Part shown: one piece after another, positions 56,041 through 64,000 of the stretch
How the letters are laid out: every line of letters starts with the position of its first letter
Position numbering within the stretch: position 1 is the stretch's first letter
Assembly: GCA_951406725.2 (NCBI GenBank)
Contig: OX597829.1
Location: forward strand, 7,564,001 to 7,628,000
DNA length: 64,000 nt
From: Octopus vulgaris
Lineage: Eukaryota
Reading direction: 5' to 3'
Position numbers and translations under genes: made by a program
The notes under the pieces: model-generated
Databases searched by the model: none
What the model was told of the DNA's origin: nothing
The model's input: only the letters and a program-made list of their open reading frames with translations

Positions 56041-56650
56041 ATGTTGACAAGCCACAAAAATGGTGAAACATTCGGTGACCATCACTCCCAAATGGGATTG
56101 AAGGTGAGTTATTTCACTTGACCATGACTCTAAGGTGTTTTAACACCTGGCACTTTAAGAGTGTATATACTCTGCCACACTATGGAAAATACACGAAGCA
56201 TATACATTAAGTATATGTAGTTAATAATATACCTCTTCTTTTCAGGTGCTGAATAACATCCCTCCTGCCCAAACCTCACCTCGCATTCCCTTCCCAGTTT
56301 TCAGAGTTGGCACTGTCAATGTTGGCACACTGAAAGGTAGGTCTAGTGAGATTGTAGAGGTGCAGGAAAGGAGACGGGTTGATGTATGCTGCATACAAGA
56401 GGTAAGATGGAGAGGAGCTTCAGCTAGGGTCCTCACAGGCAAGGCATATAGGTATAAAGTCTTCTGGCAAGGTAACATGGATGGTATAGGGGGCGTAGGC
56501 ATACTCCTTGCAGAGAAATGTGTGGATAAGCTCATAGAGGTTGTTAGGGTATGCGGTAGAGTGCTTAAGCTCAGGCTAGTCATGCAGAACAGCACAGCTA
56601 CAATTATCTCTGCCTACTCCCCACATGCAGGGCTACCAAATGATCAGAAG

Positions 56651-56655
<5 letters not shown>
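56041..56655 (+). mobile_element. RTE LINE 5' end with AP-endonuclease domain, truncated at (TA)n
   Basis: FRVGTVNVGTL..VDVCCIQEVRW..GVGILL..IISAYSP. Confidence 0.9.
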
Positions 56656-56687
<32 letters not shown>

Positions 56688-57082
56688 CGGAACAAACAAT
56701 TCATGAGATAAAAATAATTTGCAAAGATATCATCGTGAATCGTTTGTTCTGTATTGAAATTATTTTCACACTGGTGGCTGACATGATCTCATTGCAAAAC
56801 GAATCAGTTGCAGCGCAGACTTCAACATGACAGGTTGGGAGTCTCCATCATGGTAATGCCTGCTAAGAAAAGTGAGGCTATTTTTGCCATTGCAGAAACT
56901 GGTCCACATGAGCCCAAATACTTAAGCGTATGTTGGGAGATTGTCTTAGCCCATTTAGCTTCGCACTGTTGATTTCTGTAGTTATTATCAGTGTGTTTTG
57001 GCAATTTAAATAAGAGTTTTGACTATTATTTCCAGGAGGTAGACATACATAGTATATCCTTTGAATAATTTTAATCCTTCAG

Positions 57083-57119
<37 letters not shown>

Positions 57120-57160
57120 CACACACACATATATATATATTTATATACACCTATATATAT

Positions 57161-57195
<35 letters not shown>

Positions 57196-57742
57196 CATAC
57201 ACACATACACAAATGCACAATATATACATATTCCAGAGATAAATGTTTATGTAAAATAATTTCTTATTTTTCCTTATCTCTTGTTTCTACATTTGAAGAT
57301 ATTATTCTGTCTAAGGGTTTTGGCAAGATTTTTTTTTTTTTTGATACGATGGGAAAAATATGAACAGATTACATTTGAATGATGCTATACCATTGATTAC
57401 ATTTATTAATTTTCTTTTATCTGTGGTTATTATTGTTTGTTTATTTTCTGCTATGAATATGGCATTTTCCTGACGAATTATCAATAACTACTGCAGAGAA
57501 TCCATAAAAAACTGTTACACATGAAATGGGACCATATCAATATTCTTACAAAATTTAGCCCTAGTGTTAAAGTAAACAAAATAATTGCCGGACAGATTTA
57601 TTTGTGCATTGGCAGAAAACGAGCAATGGATTCCATTTTTCTCAATCCATGGGGAGATAAGCCTGTGCTGTAACCTCTTATTTTACTTTCCAAAAATATA
57701 ACTAAATTATGTCTATCAAAAGCACACGTGAATAAGGATTAC

Positions 57743-57766
57743 CTTTGCATTTTAAATTCCTTGTGT
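57743..57766 (-). CDS. Candidate 24-nt in-frame microexon of the MICU3-like gene
   Basis: ttatacag|ACACAAGGAATTTAAAATGCAAAG|gtaatc; symmetric phase 2, no stop, adds HKEFKMQR. Confidence 0.35.
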
Positions 57767-57884
57767 CTGTATAACGTGTGTTATTCAACATAAATATATT
57801 ATATATTGGGAAATAAAAATAATCACAAATGCACAATATTTCAGTGTGATAAATCTAATGTGATCATCTACTCCAGAAGGAGCA

Positions 57885-57889
57885 GAGAA

Positions 57890-57966
<77 letters not shown>
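57885..57966. repeat. (GA)n microsatellite
   Basis: Direct inspection. Confidence 0.95.
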
Positions 57967-57970
<4 letters not shown>

Positions 57971-58135
57971 CTGAAACAGGATTGATTGAAGGAAGTATTC
58001 CACTCCACTATGGTAATTACATACTTGTTGCATTTTTGTGCTTTTTTTTTTCTCTCTTTTCGACAAAAGAAAGAGAAAATGGTATGGGGAGGGTAAGTGA
58101 TATGGTGAGCGATGATAGTAGACACAAAAAAATAC

Positions 58136-58279
58136 ATAGGACACGTATATATACTCTCTCTCTTTCCATATAGATGTACACACAACTAGCAACATTTACC
58201 AAATTAATCACCAAATCAATACAACATATTTTATCAAATACTCATCAAGAACATTTCTAGCAATATAATTTAGATTTTG
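58136..58279 (+). repeat. ~144-bp direct repeat, second copy 58844-58987
   Basis: ataggacacgtatatatactctctc...aatttagattttg in both copies with only a few substitutions. Confidence 0.92.
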
Positions 58280-61200
58280 ATTTTGGATTTCATTTCAGTC
58301 TCAATTTGTCTGAAGGTTTTATTTCTGTCAGACTATTTTGCTTTTTATAATTCTTTTTCTTTAGATATAATCCTCTTAACAATAAATGATAAATTGTTTT
58401 TGTAAAATTACTTATTCAACTGGGTTTACGATGATGGGCATTTCAGCATTCTATTATTTATTAGTTATTTACTAAGTTAGCAAAGTAACAATGTTTTATT
58501 ATAGTAGCGATAAAAACTACAGCTGAAGTAGTTGTTGTTGTTGCTGCTTACATCATATCAGTCCTAATCATGCACACCTACAATCAAACTATTCCTAATG
58601 GATGTGATGTCCCATTTTATTTTCATATGGTGTATTTGGCATTATAATTTATTTGTGTACTTTTTCTTTGAAGCAACAGAGTACAGTTTAAGGCAAAATT
58701 TGAACACTATTTCTAGAACATTGAGAAACTTGTTTTCAGAAATCCGTGCTAGCTTATCAGCTGACCACACTTATTATTATTTTTTCTGTAAATGGTAAGA
58801 TTCACTGGTCAATTAAGTACTCTTTTAAAAGCAGTTTGTATTTATAGGACACGTATATATACTCTCTCCCTTTCCATATAGATGTACACACAACCAGCAA
58901 CATTTACCAAATTAATCACCAAATCAATACAACATATTTTATCAAATACTCATCGAGAACATTTCTAGCAAAACAATTTAGATTTTGTATTTTGGTTGGT
59001 GGTACACCTCATGAAACTGGCTGTTCTGTGCCCTTGGTTAAAAGAATGAAAACTGACACACATTCTAGACAACATCAAAAACACACACACACACAACAGC
59101 TAAATGATTGTGGTACTCATTCTCACTTTATCTCTTCTAATTACAATAGCTTCTGCTCTTTTCACTGAATAAACTGTATCCCAAGCTCTTCTACTTTGAG
59201 GCACATTGCCTTCTCATAATATCAAATCCAATCAAGTATTCTTAGTACTAAATACAGTGTTATCAAAACGTGCCTGCCCATGTTCCAGATAACTGTTGCC
59301 ACATGAATGAACGTCGCATATCAAGGAGAGCCAGCAAAGACTTTAGGTCCCTAAAACTTAAACTGAAAGGATAAAAATACAAACTAAAAGCAAACATACA
59401 AAAAGAATTTCCTTATTTAAAAATCAAATATAATGCACCAAAATTTTGTGACAATGAGCAACAATGACACAATCTAAGCAACTCTTTACATCTTATAACA
59501 AGCATCTTTACATCTTATAAAATAAGTTAACATATATTTTATGGCTTAAATTTTATGATGACATTCCTCACAATAATGGCAAAGTCCACAGCTTGAATGC
59601 CAAACATCATTATCTGTACACGTATAACTGTATACCTAGGATGTTGAACCTATGAATTACTCCTAGGTGTTACACTAACCGAGCTGACATTGTGGTCTAT
59701 TCAACAACAACAGTAACGTTTGCCTATTGGCTTGCACTGAGGTTGTCTGTGAAAACATGAAAACAAAAGAAGGAGAATATAATACATCTCACCAACTGTT
59801 ACTAACAGTATCTCAGGTGCTGTTAGAAGTTTTTCACAACAGTCCCCCTTTTCTAAACAGAAGCAAAGAAAACGGAAAGTATTTTGAGGAGCGTACTCTA
59901 AAAACACCATCAGATAAATGACCGTTGGTTTGCAATTGATCACTAAGAAAGACTACTTAATAACTTGAAGTTATAAGAGGTGGAAATAAAAGCCATAATC
60001 AAGACCACAATTTCTTGCACAAAGTCAATCACATTGTCATGTAGATCATAACTAACAAGAGTTTTTTTGCTTTTACCACTGTCGAAATCGATCAAAAATC
60101 AATGGAAATTGTAGTTGTGATACCAGTGCCGCCTCGACTGGCCTCTGTACCGGTGGCATGTAAAAAGTACCAACCGATCATAGCTGTTGCCAGCCTTGTC
60201 TGGCACGTAAAAAGCACCCACTACACTCACGGAGTGGTTGGCATTAGGAAGGGCATCCAGCTGTACAAACACTGCCAGATCAGACTGGGCCTGGTGCAGC
60301 CTCCTGGCTTCCCAGACCCCAGTCGAACCGTCCAACTCATGCTAGCATGGAAAGCAGATGTTAGATGATGATTTACAAGAGGGAAGCTGCTTCACCTTTC
60401 TCTTCCTTGTAGCTGTCACTTTTGTTCTGTCTCGTTTGTCAAACACAAGAGGAGCCAGCATAATAAAATACAAACTGTTTTTAAAAGAGTACTTTTTGAA
60501 TTTGAAAATGAAAGCATTGACCCAGTAGGGACCTGAAGAATTAATTGACCAGTGAATCTTACCATTTACAGAAAAAATAATAATAAATGCCTTCAGCAAG
60601 CATTGCCAACAAGCAACTATCACAATCCTGTTGAACAATGCACATTTGCAACTTATTTTTCAGCAAATAACATTCCAGGCTCTCACAAAACTCATATTTT
60701 ATGCAAGTGATACCACTGTATTTTGTACAATGCAACCCATACAAACCATATTTCATACAACAACACTTGGTAGTGAAACTCAATTGCACACTACTCATAA
60801 AAATAAAACAATTTATACTGTATAGCCCCTCATACAATCATCTTCTAGATAATTAACACAGTATTAAAAAACATACCCTATGGAATCAGCACCAAGCAAA
60901 TTTCATGTTAGTACATATTTTACACACTTCACAACACAATATAGTAACACTACACATACTCTCTTACATAACTGACTCCTGACACTACAATACTGACAAC
61001 CTACAAAACTCACAATCAACACAAATGCTTTTCACTAATAAAACTCAAAATAGACTAGAAAATTCCAGCTTAATACTAAAACATATTACACCAACAACAC
61101 ATTTACATATAAAACAATCATTACGCAACTCATGAAACGCCAGAATTGCACCAAAACCACACAACAAAGCAGAAACGGTCTGATACACCAACACAAGTTT

Positions 61201-61284
61201 ACAGACAGAGATGCACTGTCTGAGGCAGTGGAATGTCATTTGCAATTGTTTAAAAAAAACAATATCAATAAATTAATTTGTTAC

Positions 61285-61379
61285 CTGTGGAAATCATCAT
61301 AATTGAGGACATCAGTGCCATTTGCTCCAAAGAAGTGCACTAACAAAGTGGTATCGGTAACATGTCTACATGCTATTTC
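61285..61379 (-). CDS. MICU3: MICU3/MICU2-like exon (5'-most found in the window)
   Basis: tacttttcag| ... CAG|gtaac, phase 0->2; EIACRHVTDTTLLVHFFGANGTDVLNYDDFH; AG+A gives R and joins the 38376 exon in frame. The TDTTLLVHFFG motif is as I recall for MICU3. Confidence 0.93.
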
Positions 61380-64000
61380 CTGAAAAGTAAATTGCAAGAA
61401 TAAAAAGTTGAACATTAAGAAGAAATGGCAGACAAAACAGGTGATGAACATTTAGCTACAAAGAAACACACTAATATAAAATACCACACATACAAACATA
61501 ATATAGTCAGAGGGAAAGATGAGTGTTAAGGGTGCTTGTATTTGAGTGAAAGGGAGAGTGAATTTGTGCACATGTATATGAGGGAGAGAGAGAGAAAATA
61601 ATAACAAAATAGGAAGACAGAGCTAGGGATCAAAATAATTTATACACATGTCATACTAATAAATTTACATGCAATAACAACCATTAATATACTCCCTCAA
61701 AACTAGTGTTTTGGCACTGAGAAAAGCTTTTACATTTACAGATTATCTAGAATATATTTTTGAATGGGAATAAAGGGGTAAATGGTGAAATTCAGAGAGA
61801 CAAGAGGATGAAGGATCATTGACATAGAGGATTCTTTGTTAGTTGGCTGTAAATACTTGAGTCATTGTTTGGCTCTCCTCCTGTTGTGATTGAATAGATC
61901 TAACTTATGATGAAAGCCCTCCAACCACGACCATCTATCAGAAAATCAGCTATTATTTTCTCTACGGGTCTTTTCCTTCTCGAAGGCAGTAAAGTGTGAT
62001 GTAACCCTTTAGCATTCAGGTTATTCTGTCAAAAGTAACATTTATTCACATTGTTTTGAATTAATCATTCATTATCTCATAGCCTTGAAATTTTAATGAT
62101 GGGATTGTGCCATTGGAGGGTATGTGTGATAAGCTGGATCTGGTCAGTTTGGATGCTGAAGGATTAAGCTTGGGCTGCTACTGCTAGCAGATCAAATGAC
62201 TGCATAGACACTTGCTTTTTTTTTGTTGTTGTTTAGTTCCTGGTTAGCACTAATTGGGCAGATGTATAATAATGTGTGTGTGTGTGTGTTATTACTTTTC
62301 TGGCATTATTCATTTAACACACAGTAAGCTAGGGCACTTCTTTAAAAGGAATTAATCAATCAGATCTTCCCCAAAACTAACTTCAGACTGCTTATTTTTC
62401 CAATCCCTATTTGTTCAAGAGCTAACTTACAAGACATAGTTCTAAATACAGATGTTTGTACACAAATCATATATACTATATATACATATATGTACACACA
62501 TATATTCATACATATATATATATATATATGCTTCCATAGAGATTCTAGCTAACAAATTTCACTAACAAGACATTGAACACTCTGAGGCAATAGCAGCAGA
62601 TGCTTACTCAAAGTATCACAGATAAAACCAAATGTGGAATCATATGGCCACAAAAGCAAACAGCTTAACCATTCAACAATACTTGTGTATTAAACATACA
62701 CATAAATAAGGTTTGCAGTGCAGTGTAGGTGTGTGACATAAAATTCATGTCATGATTTATAATTGTAATCACTTCCAGGTGCATACAAATTAATTGCTTT
62801 AATATATTTGTAGATAGAAATTAAAGTGAAAATAAATTTCTATATGAGTATTAATAATATCAATGAGGTTTTAAAAAGAAAATTCTGAAAGAGAAACTAA
62901 GATTTTTGTTATGATTAAAACCTTTTACGAACTATCTTCAGAACCTCTTTTTCTCTTTAGTGACTACAAGTAAATCTACAATAAACACAATGCTTTTGGC
63001 AGTATGTGGCATGCAAATTTGTTGAAACTGTTCACATAGTGGGATCTGGTAAGACACAACTCATCCATAATATGCTCTCGTGTCTTCACAGAATTCTTTT
63101 TGTTCCTCGCTCTACTTGTGCATTCCCCAACCCTCATATCCATAAATTCCATCTAAAAATGCTTACTTTTAAGCAGATGATATTATTCTTTATTCTTCCC
63201 AACCTGTTCCAACTGCACATCATTCAGACACAGTCTACATAAACACCACATAATGCTAAAGTCACACTGGTTCCATAAGCAGAGGCCTCAAAGCACCTTC
63301 CAATGAGCAAGTGCTACTCTTGCTTCTTTCAACAGCAAGAAACCTCATGCTTCTCAACCCAAAGAAATATTTCAGTACAGAGCAGCATGCGACTAGAGCA
63401 TGCATAAATGTGTTAAATGTTCCAGCTTATCATTATTACGAAGGATCTCTCATGGCAAATGTACATTCTAAACTAGGACTGAATCAAAATGACCCTTCTC
63501 TTCTTGTCCATAAGATATTCATCTGCCAACAATTAATGATGCAGATGAGACTAACAATGGAATATTGCTTCCACACTTTAGACAGACAAATCTTCAAGAC
63601 TGTATCTAGAAAAGAATCACCTGACTGATTGGTATAAAGACACTCAAAGACACAAATCATTCTTCTACTCATTAGTGTACTGTCCATTATTGTTGTCTTT
63701 TCTACTTCAATTATAATAGTTTCTTTGCCTTTTATCCTTTCGGGGCCAATAAAGTACCAGTTGCATACTGGGGTTGACCTAATCAACTGGCCCTCTTCCC
63801 AAAATTATATCTTCTGCTTCTCTAAACTACTAAGTTTATGTCACCTCTACTTAGGAAATGCTGACCTGCTTGTCTCTCCTACTCTCATCATCCTTGTACC
63901 CAGTCCTCCAGATCCAGCACTCACAACTACATCATTTCTTTTTACAATGTTCACCTTCTGATGACTCTTTCCTTTCTTAGGTATTTTCTGCAGGTGCAGA

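Noticed and set aside
1-64000. CRISPR arrays, rRNA or prokaryotic operons
   Set aside because: None seen; the sequence is eukaryotic, with spliceosomal introns and simple repeats lacking unique spacers.

Overview
AT-rich, microsatellite- and transposon-dense animal genomic DNA. The SINE, LINE and microsatellite repertoire suggests a coleoid cephalopod such as Octopus (inference, not verified). One host gene is well supported: the 3' half of a MICU3/MICU2-type mitochondrial calcium uptake EF-hand gene on the minus strand. It has five phase-compatible GT-AG exons (61285-61379, 38199-38376, 37801-37909, 28064-28221, 23586-23663), ending in a canonical EF-hand and the C-terminal Cys helix. Most six-frame ORFs are microsatellite artefacts or decayed TEs: CR1/Jockey-, L1/Tx1-, R4/Dong- and RTE-type LINEs, mariner, maT-like and Tigger-like transposons, and many SINEs. 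Most notable unexplained signals: (1) a candidate in-frame 24-nt microexon and several other cassette or poison exon candidates in the MICU introns; (2) a cluster of Penelope-type hammerhead ribozyme motifs, including a head-to-head palindromic pair, in the last intron, plus another at 45.7 kb, mostly on the pre-mRNA strand; (3) an apparent spliceosomal intron between the ATG and the endonuclease of an RTE LINE; (4) nested inverted repeats and a locally templated composite insertion that could form dsRNA in the pre-mRNA. All of these were read by eye; nothing was computed or database-searched.
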